From Gammaproteobacteria bacterium (GTDB taxonomy: Bacteria > Pseudomonadota > Gammaproteobacteria > Eutrophobiales > Eutrophobiaceae), in NCBI GenBank assembly GCA_965243205.1, contig CBDEUK010000001.1:224001-288000 (forward strand): DNA of 64,000 nt, in the 5' to 3' direction. Each line of letters opens with the position of its first letter. Position 1 is the stretch's first letter. The position numbers and the translations under genes were made by a program. Of this stretch, positions 18,985 through 30,287 are shown piece by piece. The notes beneath the pieces were generated by a model. It worked only from the letters and a program-made list of their open reading frames with translations, was not told where the DNA came from and ran no database searches.

Positions 18985-19725
18985 CTATGTGATGAATCCA
19001 CTAAGGCGACCTTGCATTGCGCGAGGATTTTCACCTTCGGCAATAGCCACAATGCCTTCAATCAACATTTCTTTGAATAATGATTCATTTCGTATAATGG
19101 CTTTTAATTTGTTGCCAATTGGAATAAAAATTAAATTAGCAAAGCCAACACCATATATCGTCGCTACAAAGGCAATAGCTATACCACTGCCTAATTGTTC
19201 TGGTTCGGCCAAATTACCCATTACATGAATTAACCCCATAACAGCACCTAAAATACCTAATGTAGGTGTATAAGCACCTAAACTCTCATAAACTTTAGCC
19301 GCTTCAATATCTTTATTTTCTTGTGTGATTAATTCGATTTCCATAGTTTCACGGATGACTTCAGGCTCGTTTCCATCAACTAATAACTGCATGCCTTTAC
19401 GAATAAATAAATCAGGTTCCTTTTCTATAAGCTTTTCTAACGCTAATAAACCTTCTTTTCTGGCAACACTGCTCCAATGCATCAATCGTCGTATCGATTC
19501 TGAAACTTTATGGTAAGGTGGAATGAACACCCAATTAAATAATTTGATTGCACGTGTAAACGTTTCTAGCGGAGACTGCAATAAAATCGCACCAATAGAA
19601 CCACCTAAAACGATTAATAATGCAGGGATATTGATTAAGGTTGCTAAATGACCACCCTCTAGATACTGGCCGATGAGTATCATCCCTATTCCTACGATGA
19701 TGCCTGTTATACTTAAAATATCCAT
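18985..19725 (-). CDS. motC: Flagellar stator MotC (MotA family)
   Basis: ARKEGLLALE, PTLGILGAVMGL, AFVATIYG. Confidence 0.88.
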   Translation of the reverse strand: MDILSITGIIVGIGMILIGQYLEGGHLATLINIPALLIVLGGSIGAILLQSPLETFTRAIKLFNWVFIPPYHKVSESIRRLMHWSSVARKEGLLALEKLIEKEPDLFIRKGMQLLVDGNEPEVIRETMEIELITQENKDIEAAKVYESLGAYTPTLGILGAVMGLIHVMGNLAEPEQLGSGIAIAFVATIYGVGFANLIFIPIGNKLKAIIRNESLFKEMLIEGIVAIAEGENPRAMQGRLSGFIT

Positions 19726-19727
19726 GT

Positions 19728-20783
19728 CTAAGCTGTCTTGGCTAAATGTACGCCAATATCATCGATTGCTAAAACTTTATCAGCTAGATTTTCATTCGCT
19801 ACGGCCATCGGCATGCCATAAACAACTGAAGTCGATTTATCTTGTATCCAGACGTCAACACCATTTTGTTTTAACTGTTTAATCCCTTCACATCCATCAG
19901 AGCCCATGCCTGTCATTACAATCGATAACACTTTTTTAGACTTACAAACTTGAGCGATTGATTTAAACGTTTCATCAACGCATGGCTTATAAATTATATT
20001 AGAATCTGAATCTTGAACCGTAAATGTTATCTGACCATCAGTTCGTTTTAGATATGTTTGCTTGCCGCCAGGTGCGATGTACGCATAACCTGGCTGAATA
20101 CTTAAACCTTCTGTTATCTCAACAACATTAATTGAACACAAAGTATCTAAACGTTTTGCAAACGCTTTAGTAAACAGTTCTGGCATATGTTGGATAATAA
20201 TAATTGGAGAAGGAAATGAAGAAGGTAATTTTGTTAATACTTTTTCCAAAGCTGCAGGTCCACCTGTCGATGCACCAATTGCAATTAAATCATAATTAGA
20301 AACTCTTACAACTGAGCTAGTTTGTTTTTCAACTGACTTAGATTTTAGTTTTTCAGAAATTTGTTCTGATACATTGGTAGATTTCTTTTTTAAAGCCAGA
20401 ATTTTAATTCTTGTTAATAATTTCTCGGCTAACTCATCCTTAAGAGATGAATCTGTTCCATGAAAATTTTTAGGTAAAAAATCAGCAGCACCAGCATGCA
20501 ATGCATCTAAAGTAATGGAAGCACCTCTTTCTGTTAAATTAGAAAACATTAAAATCGGTGTTGGTCGTAAAGCCATGATTTTTTTTACCGCTGTAACACC
20601 ATCCATCTTTGGCATCTCAATATCCATTGTAATGACATCAGGCTGATGTTTTTCAACCATTTCTATTGCTTCTTGCCCATTATCCGCTTCGGCAATTACA
20701 TTTATTTTATTATCCGATTCTAGAATTAATCTAAGAGCTTTACGGAAAAATCGTGAATCATCTACAATTAGTACATTAACCAC
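19728..20783 (-). CDS. cheB: Chemotaxis methylesterase CheB
   Basis: REC domain; GASTGG, QHMP, GMGSDG. Confidence 0.95.
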   Translation of the reverse strand: MVNVLIVDDSRFFRKALRLILESDNKINVIAEADNGQEAIEMVEKHQPDVITMDIEMPKMDGVTAVKKIMALRPTPILMFSNLTERGASITLDALHAGAADFLPKNFHGTDSSLKDELAEKLLTRIKILALKKKSTNVSEQISEKLKSKSVEKQTSSVVRVSNYDLIAIGASTGGPAALEKVLTKLPSSFPSPIIIIQHMPELFTKAFAKRLDTLCSINVVEITEGLSIQPGYAYIAPGGKQTYLKRTDGQITFTVQDSDSNIIYKPCVDETFKSIAQVCKSKKVLSIVMTGMGSDGCEGIKQLKQNGVDVWIQDKSTSVVYGMPMAVANENLADKVLAIDDIGVHLAKTA

Positions 20784-20817
20784 AGCACTTTAGCTCTTTT
20801 ACAGTATAAGATGTTTA

Positions 20818-22863
20818 TTAATATCGATTAGCATAAGAGCCAATCAATTCAGGCAAATCTAAAATTAGAGCAATTTTTCCGTTCCCGGTTATAGTAGCTC
20901 CTGCTAAACCTCTCGTTCCTTGAAGCATCGCGCCTAAAGGTTTAATAACAACTTCTTCGCGTCCAAGTAAACTATCAACCAATAGAGCTATATTATTCGT
21001 TCCGATAGTAACAACTACGACATGGCCATTCTGTTCTTCAAAATCAGATGTAGCTTTTGTTAACCAATTACTTAAATAATACAAAGGTAGAGGTTTACCA
21101 CGAACAATAACTACTTTCTGTCCATCGACCATATTGATTTTGTCCATATCCAAATCGATAATTTCATTAACACTGACAAGTGGAAGAGCAAATACTTGAT
21201 CTTCTTCACCTAACTTAACCATTAAAGTAGGCATAATAGCTAATGTTAAAGGTACTTTAATTTCTATTTTTGTGCCTTCACCCAGTTTCGAATCGATAAA
21301 GATAGTGCCGTTCAATTGATTGATGCGAGTCTTAACCACATCCATACCAACTCCACGACCCGATACATCCGAAATTTCTTCTTTAGTAGAAAAACCTGGC
21401 ATAAAGATTAAATTGTAACAATCAGTTTCATCTAATCTTGATGCTGAATCTTCATCGAGTACGCCTTTTTCAACAGCTTTTCTTCTCAAAACTTCAGCAT
21501 CCATACCCTTACCATCATCTTGAATGGTTAATAAGATATGATCACCTTCTTGTTGTGCACTTAAAATAACCGTACCGCCACGTGGTTTACCATTCGCTTC
21601 TCTTTCATCAGGTAATTCAACACCATGATCAATCGAGTTTCTCACTAAGTGAACTAATGGATCAGCTAACGCTTCAACCAAGTTTTTATCTAAATCGGTT
21701 TCCTCACCGATCATTTCTAAATTAACTTCTTTATTTAAATTTCTCGCTAAATCACGTACCACTCTTGGGAAACGACCAAATACTTTTTTGATCGGTTGCA
21801 TTCTGGTTTTCATCACTGAAGATTGCAAATCAGCTGTTACTACATCTAGGTTACCAACCGTCGCCGTCACATCTTCATTGCCTAATGAGGATTCTAGATT
21901 AGAAAGTCGATTACGCACTAATACTAGCTCACCGACCATATTCATAATGCGATCAAGAATGCTTGTTTCCACACGTACTGTTGTATCTTGTTTAGGCGCT
22001 GCGGCTTTGTTAGGTGTGTTGGCTTTTTCTACTGGTTTTTCTTTGGCTTTGATATCAGCAACTTTTGCAGGTTCCGTTTTTTCACTTGGAACTTCTTTTT
22101 TTGATTTGGCTTCAACCGGTTCATCTTTTTGTTCGGTATTTGAATCACTATTTTTCTTGGCTTCTAAATCATCTAATAACTGATCAAATTCATCATCCGT
22201 AATTTCATCATTATTAGCTGGTTTAGCTACAGCCGGTTCTGATTTTTTTGAACCATTCAATTCATCAAGTAAATTTTCAAATTCATCATCGGTAATTTCA
22301 TCATTATTAGCTGGTTTAGCTACAGCTGGTTCTGATTTTTTTGAACCATTCAACTCATCAAGTAAATTTTCAAATTCATCATCGGTAATTTCATCTGAAC
22401 TCGTAGAACTTGCTTCTTCAACAGGCGCAGATTCTGGTTCTGGTTCTGGCTCAGGTTGAGATTCTGCTGCACCTTCTGGAACGGATAGTTTAGAAAGTTC
22501 TTGCATTAATTCTGGAGAAGCATCTGAAGGATCTGTCCCATTACTAATGTCTGCAAACATTTCGTTTACAACATCAAGCACTTGTAAAACAGTATCCATT
22601 AGTTCTGAATCAACAGACCGCTCGCCATTGCGTAATAAATCAAAGATGTTTTCCGCTTTATGACAAACTTCTACCAAAGGATCAATTGCAAGGAAACCTG
22701 CTCCACCTTTAATAGTATGAAAATTACGGAATACAGCATTTAATAAATCTTTATCATCTGGACTTGATTCAAGATCGACTAACTGTTCATTCAGCGATTC
22801 TAAAATTTCACCTGCTTCTAATAAGAAGTCTTGAACAATTTCGTCATTTAGATCGATAGCCAT
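20818..22863 (-). CDS. cheA: Chemotaxis histidine kinase CheA
   Basis: HPt FHTIKGGAG; HLVRNSIDHG; SGRGVGMDVV; C-terminal CheW-like domain. Confidence 0.97.
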   Translation of the reverse strand: MAIDLNDEIVQDFLLEAGEILESLNEQLVDLESSPDDKDLLNAVFRNFHTIKGGAGFLAIDPLVEVCHKAENIFDLLRNGERSVDSELMDTVLQVLDVVNEMFADISNGTDPSDASPELMQELSKLSVPEGAAESQPEPEPEPESAPVEEASSTSSDEITDDEFENLLDELNGSKKSEPAVAKPANNDEITDDEFENLLDELNGSKKSEPAVAKPANNDEITDDEFDQLLDDLEAKKNSDSNTEQKDEPVEAKSKKEVPSEKTEPAKVADIKAKEKPVEKANTPNKAAAPKQDTTVRVETSILDRIMNMVGELVLVRNRLSNLESSLGNEDVTATVGNLDVVTADLQSSVMKTRMQPIKKVFGRFPRVVRDLARNLNKEVNLEMIGEETDLDKNLVEALADPLVHLVRNSIDHGVELPDEREANGKPRGGTVILSAQQEGDHILLTIQDDGKGMDAEVLRRKAVEKGVLDEDSASRLDETDCYNLIFMPGFSTKEEISDVSGRGVGMDVVKTRINQLNGTIFIDSKLGEGTKIEIKVPLTLAIMPTLMVKLGEEDQVFALPLVSVNEIIDLDMDKINMVDGQKVVIVRGKPLPLYYLSNWLTKATSDFEEQNGHVVVVTIGTNNIALLVDSLLGREEVVIKPLGAMLQGTRGLAGATITGNGKIALILDLPELIGSYANRY
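22184..22395. repeat. 93-bp in-frame tandem repeat (about 2.3 units) in the cheA linker
   Basis: Units start at 22184, 22277 and 22370; encode DEITDDEFENLLDELNGSKKSEPAVAKPANN. Confidence 0.95.
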
Positions 22864-22896
22864 TTTTTTACTCTTAAATACTTATTTATCTAATTT

Positions 22897-23658
22897 TTAG
22901 AAACCTAAACTTGATAACAAATCATCAACATCATCTTGAGATGCCACAACATTACTTTTAGTCGAATCAATCTGTGGACCTTCAGCTTTAATATCTTTAC
23001 CTTCAGAATCTGTTATTTCGCAATCGCCCAAGCCTTGACATTTAATTAATTCGATCAAGCTACCTTCTACTCTTTCGACTATTTCGATAACTTGTTTAAT
23101 CGTTTGTCCAGTTAAATCTTGATATTCTTGAGCCATTAAAATATCGGTGATATTTTCATGAATACTATTAGAATGATGAGTAACAGATTCTAAGAAAGAT
23201 GTAATTCGTTTTGTAAGATCACGAAAATCATCTGCTGTTAATTCGCGTCGTTTGAATTTTTCCCATTCGTCAGACATTTTCTGAGCTTCATTTTGCAGCT
23301 CTTCTGAAATGGGCATCGTTGATTCAATTGCGTTAATGGTTCTATTTGCAGACTCTTCGGTTTTTTCGATTACATAATTTAAACGTTCCTTAGCATTTAC
23401 CATATCATCATTGGCAATTGAGGAAAGATTATCTGAATCAATACAATCACCAATAGAATTATGTAATTCTCTGGTTAATTTTCCGACTTGCTGAAAAAGT
23501 TGAGACTCTCTGATATTAATTAGCTTATCGATCGTTTGATTGATCTCAGCTTCATCGCCTGCTTCTAATTGTTCAATTAGATCTCGTGCAAGTTCAATCC
23601 TTTCATCACCGTTTACTATTATCTGATTTGCAACTCCAATGCCCATAGTTCGCCCCAA
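22897..23658 (-). CDS. cheZ: Chemotaxis phosphatase CheZ
   Basis: VGKLTRELH, ILMAQEYQDLTGQ, QDDVDDLLSSLGF. Confidence 0.95.
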   Translation of the reverse strand: MGRTMGIGVANQIIVNGDERIELARDLIEQLEAGDEAEINQTIDKLINIRESQLFQQVGKLTRELHNSIGDCIDSDNLSSIANDDMVNAKERLNYVIEKTEESANRTINAIESTMPISEELQNEAQKMSDEWEKFKRRELTADDFRDLTKRITSFLESVTHHSNSIHENITDILMAQEYQDLTGQTIKQVIEIVERVEGSLIELIKCQGLGDCEITDSEGKDIKAEGPQIDSTKSNVVASQDDVDDLLSSLGF

Positions 23659-23667
23659 ATTAGTTGA

Positions 23668-24060
23668 TTAAGCTGCTGCTTCAATACGTTCAAATATTTT
23701 GTCGATTTTTTCTTTCAACGTTGCTGCAGTAAATGGTTTTACAATATAGCCATTCACACCCGCTTGCGCTGCTTCAACAATTTGATCGCGTTTCGATTCT
23801 GCGGTTACCATTAATACTGGTAAGTCTTTCAAGTTATCGTCTGCTCTGACATTCTTAAGCAAATCGATTCCTTGCATACCAGGCATATTCCAATCGGTTA
23901 CCAGAAAATCAAACTTACCATTTTGCAACATCGGCAAAGCGGTTTGACCATCATCTGCTTCTGAAGTATTGGTAAACCCTAAATCACGTAATAAGTTTTT
24001 GATGATTCTTCTCATTGTTGAGAAATCATCAACAATCAGAATCTTCATATCTTTATCCAC
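23668..24060 (-). CDS. cheY: Response regulator CheY
   Basis: [24 protein letters not shown]. Confidence 0.97.
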   Translation of the reverse strand: MDKDMKILIVDDFSTMRRIIKNLLRDLGFTNTSEADDGQTALPMLQNGKFDFLVTDWNMPGMQGIDLLKNVRADDNLKDLPVLMVTAESKRDQIVEAAQAGVNGYIVKPFTAATLKEKIDKIFERIEAAA

Positions 24061-24101
24061 GATATACCTCCATCAATTACAAATTTATAAACATTAAATA
24101 T

Positions 24102-24857
24102 TTAAACATCATCTACAACACCCATAAGTTTTGAAATTCTTGATTTCAAACGAATCAAAGCTTGTGCGTGTATTTGACAAACTCTTGATTCACTTACACC
24201 GAGAACATCACCCGTTTCCCGCAAATTCATTTCTTCATCATAATAAAGAGACATCACTAAACGTTCTCTTTCCGGCAAACTTGCAATGGCCTTTCCTAAG
24301 ACTTCTTTAACGTTATTAGCTTGAACATTTTCATAAGGTCCAGCTATACGACCATTTAAACCATCTTCAAACGCTGAATCTTTCGATGGTAAATCTTCAA
24401 AACTTAAAATCTGATGCCCACTTGCATCTTGTAATACTTGGTAATACTCATCCAAAGTCATCTCTAAACGTTCAGCAACTTCACTATCTCGTGCATCCCT
24501 ACCTTTCTCAGCTTCTATCTCTCTTACAGCGGCTGTAATCTCACGCACTTTACGATGTAAGGATCGAGGTGCCCAATCGCCTTTACGTATTTCATCCAAC
24601 ATTGAGCCGCGTATACGTATCCCTGCATATGTCTCAAAACTTGCGCCTTGTGTCGCATCATAATTTTTCGCCGCTTCTAACAACCCAATCATTCCTGATT
24701 GAATTAAATCCTCTACTTGCACACAAGATGGCAATCGTCCCATCAAGTGATACGCAATACGTTTAACCAATGGAGCATGCTTCGTTACCAATTCGTCCAT
24801 ATTGGGTGCGACCACATCGACTTGTGCCGTTGCCTTATAGGCAGCTAATTCGCTCAT
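24102..24857 (-). CDS. fliA: Flagellar sigma factor sigma28
   Basis: DLIQSGMIGL, RIRGSMLDEIRKGDW.PRS, VSESRVCQIH. Confidence 0.96.
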   Translation of the reverse strand: MSELAAYKATAQVDVVAPNMDELVTKHAPLVKRIAYHLMGRLPSCVQVEDLIQSGMIGLLEAAKNYDATQGASFETYAGIRIRGSMLDEIRKGDWAPRSLHRKVREITAAVREIEAEKGRDARDSEVAERLEMTLDEYYQVLQDASGHQILSFEDLPSKDSAFEDGLNGRIAGPYENVQANNVKEVLGKAIASLPERERLVMSLYYDEEMNLRETGDVLGVSESRVCQIHAQALIRLKSRISKLMGVVDDV

Positions 24858-25711
24858 AAACCTGCTCTCCGCAAATTATTTGGTTCAAATTGCAGTTTTT
24901 GCCCCACAAAAAACTCTAACCTTCCGTTTGCGAGTTCACGTCTTGGTAGCTTATCGGCAACGTCTGCTAATTTCTTAAATGATCTTGATACAGGAGAGCT
25001 CGGATAGGCTGAAACGACCGGTTTTTGAGATCGAGCTGCACGGCTCAAGCATGGATCAAACGGGATTGAGCCCATTAAATGCAGATTCACATCAAGATAT
25101 CGCTGGCTTACATTGAGTAATCGATGAAAAACTTCGCGGCCTTCTTGCTCATCATGCACCATGTTCACAACTATTCTGAACCGATTAATTTGATAATCTT
25201 GATTCAACACTTTGATAGTTGCATAAGCATCCGTAATAGAAGCTGGTTCATTACAAACCACTAACATTACATCATCGGCAGCGTTACAAAACTGAATCAC
25301 GCTATCTGAAATCCCGGCTGATGTATCAATAATTAATATATCGGACATCATCGCTAAATCATCAAAGGCATGAACTAATGACATGTTTTGTCTTGGTGTT
25401 AAATTTGACATCATTTTTACGCCTGAAGCAGCAGGCACAATATTGATGTTGTTTGGTCCTTTGATAACAATATCTTTTAATTCAGCTTCACCATTCATGA
25501 CATGCTCTAAATTTCTCAAAGGACGTAAATTCAACATGACATCAATATTTGCAAGCCCTAAATCTGCATCCAATAATGTGACCTTTAAATCTTTTTCGGC
25601 CAACATCATAGCTAATCCAATCGCAATATTGGTTTTGCCAACACCACCCTTGCCACTGGTAACCGCGATGACCTTGCAAAAATTTTGAGATGATTCATTG
25701 AACATATTCAT
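24854..25711 (-). CDS. flhG: Flagellar number regulator FlhG/FleN
   Basis: SGKGGVGKT, DADLGLAN, EPASITDAYA. Confidence 0.93.
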   Translation of the reverse strand: MNMFNESSQNFCKVIAVTSGKGGVGKTNIAIGLAMMLAEKDLKVTLLDADLGLANIDVMLNLRPLRNLEHVMNGEAELKDIVIKGPNNINIVPAASGVKMMSNLTPRQNMSLVHAFDDLAMMSDILIIDTSAGISDSVIQFCNAADDVMLVVCNEPASITDAYATIKVLNQDYQINRFRIVVNMVHDEQEGREVFHRLLNVSQRYLDVNLHLMGSIPFDPCLSRAARSQKPVVSAYPSSPVSRSFKKLADVADKLPRRELANGRLEFFVGQKLQFEPNNLRRAGL

Positions 25712-25717
25712 ACTAAT

Positions 25718-26992
25718 TTATTCTCCAAACGGCTCAGCAACTGCATGCTGACCAAATATTTGTTCTAATTCTTCTTCTACTGGCATCGAAGGATTTTGTT
25801 TGAATCGACTAACCGCTAAAGAAATTAATTTGTGTGCTTCTGCTTTTTGCAAATCATCTGGCACTCGCTGACCATTCGATACATAGGCGACAGATAATTG
25901 CTTTTCAACAACAAAGGAAAGTAAACGACCAATAGAATCCGCTTCATCAAGTTTCGTTAAAATAGAAAATTCCATATCTAATTCTGTAGGAAATCCTTGA
26001 TTAGAAAGTTTAATAGTACTTTTAGGCGCAGCGTTCGCGGACAGTACCTGACATTTTTTTAAGCGATGTGATTCAGCGGTAATGATGTCTAACTGTTCAA
26101 CGTAATTTTTATCTCGTGGATTTAAGCCTGCTGTATCAATAAGAATGGTTTTTTCAGTTTGATATTTATCTAAAAGTTTTTTTAACTCAACGGAATTACT
26201 AATGTTATAAACTGGAAGACCTAAGATATTTCCATAGCTACGTAAATGATCACGGCCACCTACTCGATAAGAATCTGTCGTGGCTAAAATCAATTGATCT
26301 AAATTTTTTTCAAGAGCAACTTTGGTTGCTAATTTAGCAACGGTTGTGGTTTTACCAACCCCTGAACCACCCATAAACACAATACTGTTACCAGGTGTCA
26401 ATAAGTCGTCATTCATTGTTTTAATTCGGTAACTAAAAAATGCTAATGACATACGCCATGCTTTTTCAATATCCATGTTATTTGGAATTTGTTCGACTAA
26501 GGATTTTGCAATAACGGGACTCACACCCATTTGCGCAAAGCGACGCAATAAACCAGCCCATACTGGATGACTACGACCAATTTGTCCCCATGCTAAACCT
26601 GACATTTGTTGTTCAAGCAGTTTACGCAAAGAGTGAATTTCATCTTGCATGCGTTCTAAAACAGTATCTTGTGTCCAAAGATCATTATTAGAATTCGATT
26701 TTGCTTGAACGTGTGTTTCTGCTTGTACTTGCTCAAAAGCACGGTCAAAAACATTAGCTTTTTTGGTAGAACGAATATCCGTAGTTGGCTTTGCGTCTGC
26801 TAATTCTCGTCCTTCAATTAGTTCAGTGGGGTCATTTAAGAATTCTTGCTCGTCATAATCCTCTGCTGCCAATAATTCGACACCTCCTATCACTTTGCGA
26901 TTTGATAAAATAACCACATCGGGTCCTTGCTCTTCTTTGGCCATGTTTAAGGCTTGGCGCATATCTTTGGCGAAATATTTTTTTATTTTCAT
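25718..26992 (-). CDS. flhF: SRP-family GTPase FlhF
   Basis: GVGKTTT.AKLA, DSYR, DTAG, TKLDE, GQRVPDD. Confidence 0.93.
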   Translation of the reverse strand: MKIKKYFAKDMRQALNMAKEEQGPDVVILSNRKVIGGVELLAAEDYDEQEFLNDPTELIEGRELADAKPTTDIRSTKKANVFDRAFEQVQAETHVQAKSNSNNDLWTQDTVLERMQDEIHSLRKLLEQQMSGLAWGQIGRSHPVWAGLLRRFAQMGVSPVIAKSLVEQIPNNMDIEKAWRMSLAFFSYRIKTMNDDLLTPGNSIVFMGGSGVGKTTTVAKLATKVALEKNLDQLILATTDSYRVGGRDHLRSYGNILGLPVYNISNSVELKKLLDKYQTEKTILIDTAGLNPRDKNYVEQLDIITAESHRLKKCQVLSANAAPKSTIKLSNQGFPTELDMEFSILTKLDEADSIGRLLSFVVEKQLSVAYVSNGQRVPDDLQKAEAHKLISLAVSRFKQNPSMPVEEELEQIFGQHAVAEPFGE

Positions 26993-27036
26993 CAGTAAAT
27001 AACTTCTTACAAAATTTATATAATGATTACTGTTCT

Positions 27037-29130
27037 TTATTCATCAACCGTGCCACCTACGCTGGCAATAAATTTAATTTGTTTGCCATCTGGTATTTCG
27101 CTATAGCTCAATACATGCATACGAGAAATATTTTGTTTCACAAAACGCGCTAACATTTCTCGAAGGGTATCGGGCACAAGTAAGATTGCAGGTTGACCGG
27201 CAACTTCCTGACGTTCAGCGGCATCTTTTAGTAAACCTAGAATTTTCTGAGCGAGCCCAGGCTCAATAGCACCACTACCGTCAGCTATAGACTGATAGGT
27301 TTTTTGCAATAACTGTTCCAGAGAGTTATCCAATGTAATGACAGGAATTTCGGCTTCCTCACCAATAATTCGTTCGATGATCAAACGACCAAGTGATACT
27401 CGTACTAATGAAGTTAAAACATCTGGATTTTGAGATTTATCTGCATGCTCTATAAGGGTCTCAAAGATAGTATTCAGATCTCTTATTGGAATATTTTCTT
27501 TTAATAAATTTTGTAAAACACGGACAATCGTTCCAAGCGTGACAACCTTAGGCACAATATCTTCTAATACTTTAGGATGATTTTTTTCATACTGTTCAAG
27601 TAATTTTTGAACTTCCTTATGCCCTAATAATTCATAAGCATGTTCTTGTAAAATTTGACTGAGGTGTGTTGCAACAACCGTACTAGAATCAACTACGGTA
27701 TATCCTAATGACTGTGCTTGATCACGTTGTTCTATATCTATCCAAACGGCTTCTAATCCAAATACAGGATCAGTTGAAACAGGACCAGGCAATTCACCAA
27801 AAACATGTCCAGGATTAATTGCTAACTCACGCCCCGGTTGTACATCAGCTTTGGCAATCGTCGTGTCTTTGATGGTAATACGATAAGAATTAGGTTCGAG
27901 ATCTAAGTTATCTCTGATATGTATCGAAGGTAATAAGAATCCAAGCTCTTGTGATAATTTTTTTCTCACGCCTTTAATACGTGATAACAATTGCCCATTT
28001 TGATTTTTATCAACCATCGGGATTAATCGGTAACCAACTTCCAAACCAATAGAATCTATGAGATCAATATCGTCCCAAGATAACTCTCGTTCTTCAGGTT
28101 GAATTTCTTCCTCAGGTTCTTCCTCAATAACCTCCACTTGTTGCTGTTGCTTCTCTAACCAAAAAGCACCAAAGGCACATGCCCCAGCAATTAATAAAAA
28201 AGCGACATTTGGCATTCCTGGAATGATACCCATAGCACCAATCATAACTGCAGTGACTAATAACGTTTTTGGATTATGAAAAAGTTGCTTAACAATTTGT
28301 TCGCCCATGTCTGACTCTGAAGAAACGCGAGTCACCATAATTGCAGCAGATGTAGATAAAAGTAATGAAGGTATTTGCGCAACTAAACCATCACCAATGG
28401 TTAATAAGGTATATATTCTTGCTGCATCAGACATGGATAAGCCATGTTGCATGGCGCCTATCGCTAAACCGCCAAGGATATTAATAATTAAAATGAATAT
28501 CCCAGCTGTCGCATCACCTTTAACAAATTTACTCGCACCATCCATAGCACCATAAAAATCGGCCTCTTGAGAAATTTCCGAACGTCGACGTTTGGCTTCT
28601 TCTTGATCAATTAAACCTGAGTTTAGATCGGCATCAATAGCCATTTGTTTTCCAGGCATCGCATCTAAAGTAAAACGTGCACTGACTTCTGAAATCCTTC
28701 CTGCACCTTTGGTTATCACTACAAAATTGATAATGACCAAGATAATAAATACAACAAAACCAACGGTATAATTACCTCCTACAACAAAATCACCAAATGC
28801 TTTAATGACTTGTCCAGCTGCATCAGTACCAGTATGACCATGCAATAGAACAATTCGTGTCGAAGCTACGTTTAAACTTAAACGTAATAACGTGGAAATT
28901 AATAAGATGGTTGGAAATGCAGCAAAATCTAATGGTCGTTTACTATAAACAACCGCTAATAACACCACCATGGACAAACAGATATTAAAAGTAAATAACA
29001 TATCTAATAAAAATGGTGCTAACGGTATCACCATCATTAATAGAATCATCATCACCAAAATAGGTGAACCGATTGTCGACATATTAAATCCTTTTAAACT
29101 ACCCAATGCTGTTGCTTCACTTGCGGCCAT
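27037..29130 (-). CDS. flhA: Flagellar export gate FlhA
   Basis: ARFTLDAMPGKQMAIDADL, FYGAMDGASKFVKGD. Confidence 0.97.
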   Translation of the reverse strand: MAASEATALGSLKGFNMSTIGSPILVMMILLMMVIPLAPFLLDMLFTFNICLSMVVLLAVVYSKRPLDFAAFPTILLISTLLRLSLNVASTRIVLLHGHTGTDAAGQVIKAFGDFVVGGNYTVGFVVFIILVIINFVVITKGAGRISEVSARFTLDAMPGKQMAIDADLNSGLIDQEEAKRRRSEISQEADFYGAMDGASKFVKGDATAGIFILIINILGGLAIGAMQHGLSMSDAARIYTLLTIGDGLVAQIPSLLLSTSAAIMVTRVSSESDMGEQIVKQLFHNPKTLLVTAVMIGAMGIIPGMPNVAFLLIAGACAFGAFWLEKQQQQVEVIEEEPEEEIQPEERELSWDDIDLIDSIGLEVGYRLIPMVDKNQNGQLLSRIKGVRKKLSQELGFLLPSIHIRDNLDLEPNSYRITIKDTTIAKADVQPGRELAINPGHVFGELPGPVSTDPVFGLEAVWIDIEQRDQAQSLGYTVVDSSTVVATHLSQILQEHAYELLGHKEVQKLLEQYEKNHPKVLEDIVPKVVTLGTIVRVLQNLLKENIPIRDLNTIFETLIEHADKSQNPDVLTSLVRVSLGRLIIERIIGEEAEIPVITLDNSLEQLLQKTYQSIADGSGAIEPGLAQKILGLLKDAAERQEVAGQPAILLVPDTLREMLARFVKQNISRMHVLSYSEIPDGKQIKFIASVGGTVDE

Positions 29131-29135
29131 TATAA

Positions 29136-30275
29136 TTATCCAAATTGATATTCTTCTGGTACCGGTAGATTATCCGGTGGTGTAGGCGTTTGAATGTTGC
29201 GATCTTTTTTGCTGGCTTTTAATTGATAAACATAAGCTAGCACTTGAGCAACCGCGACATAGAGACCTTCAGGAACTTGTTGATTAATTTTTGTGGTGTG
29301 ATAAAGCGCTCTTGCTAATAAAGGCGCTTCAAAAATAGTAATATTATGACTATCTGCTAACGAACGGATTCGTAGAGCAACAAGATCAGCGCCTTTAGCA
29401 ATCACTTTTGGCGCATTCATATTTTCTTGGTCATAAACTAATGCAATAGCAAAGTGTGTCGGGTTTGTAATAATCACATCTGCTTTTGGTACCTCTTCCA
29501 TCATCCGTTGATTTGCTAACTCTTGCTGCATAGAACGTATTTGTGATTTTACTTCAGGACGACCATCGGTCTCCTTCATTTCATCTTTCACTTCCTGTTT
29601 TGTCATTTTTAATTTCTTATTGTGTTCCCAGATCTGAAATGGAACATCTATCATTGCAACAATCATGGTTGATGCACTTAATATTAAAAATGCCCAAAGT
29701 AGTTTTTCACCTGCATTTGCAAGTGCAGGCTTAAGTTCTGAATTACCGATATATAAAATTTCATCCTCTTCGATATAAAGAACTATCATGATTAGACCGC
29801 AAGTGATTAAGAATTTAACGAACGCTTTAAATAATTCCATTAAACCATTGGGACCAAAAATTCGTTGCAATCCAGTTAATGGGTTAAGTTTTTCTAATTT
29901 AAAAGTCATTGATTCAACACTAAATACCCAACCACCAATGACTAAAGGTGCTGCAATGGCACATACCGTTAAGCCTATTAAAATAGGGGCAATACTACTT
30001 AATAAATCTCCGGATGCTTGATATAAAGCATTTATCATAAATTCGTTATTAAATAATGCTTCCCTTTCAATCACGAAACCACTACGCATTATAAGCAACA
30101 AGTCATTAATCATTTTTTGACCAAAGATCATCATGATTAATACTGATCCTAATAGGATACTCATAGTATTAAATTCTCTAGAGCGACCTACTTGACCTTT
30201 ATCACGAGCTTCTTGTTGCCGTTTTGGGGTCGCCTCTTCGGTTTTTTCCTGACTATTGTCTTTATCATCAGCCAT
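29136..30275 (-). CDS. flhB: Flagellar export switch FlhB
   Basis: EKTEEATPKR; NPTH autocleavage motif. Confidence 0.96.
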   Translation of the reverse strand: MADDKDNSQEKTEEATPKRQQEARDKGQVGRSREFNTMSILLGSVLIMMIFGQKMINDLLLIMRSGFVIEREALFNNEFMINALYQASGDLLSSIAPILIGLTVCAIAAPLVIGGWVFSVESMTFKLEKLNPLTGLQRIFGPNGLMELFKAFVKFLITCGLIMIVLYIEEDEILYIGNSELKPALANAGEKLLWAFLILSASTMIVAMIDVPFQIWEHNKKLKMTKQEVKDEMKETDGRPEVKSQIRSMQQELANQRMMEEVPKADVIITNPTHFAIALVYDQENMNAPKVIAKGADLVALRIRSLADSHNITIFEAPLLARALYHTTKINQQVPEGLYVAVAQVLAYVYQLKASKKDRNIQTPTPPDNLPVPEEYQFG

Positions 30276-30287
30276 TCGTATTCACCA

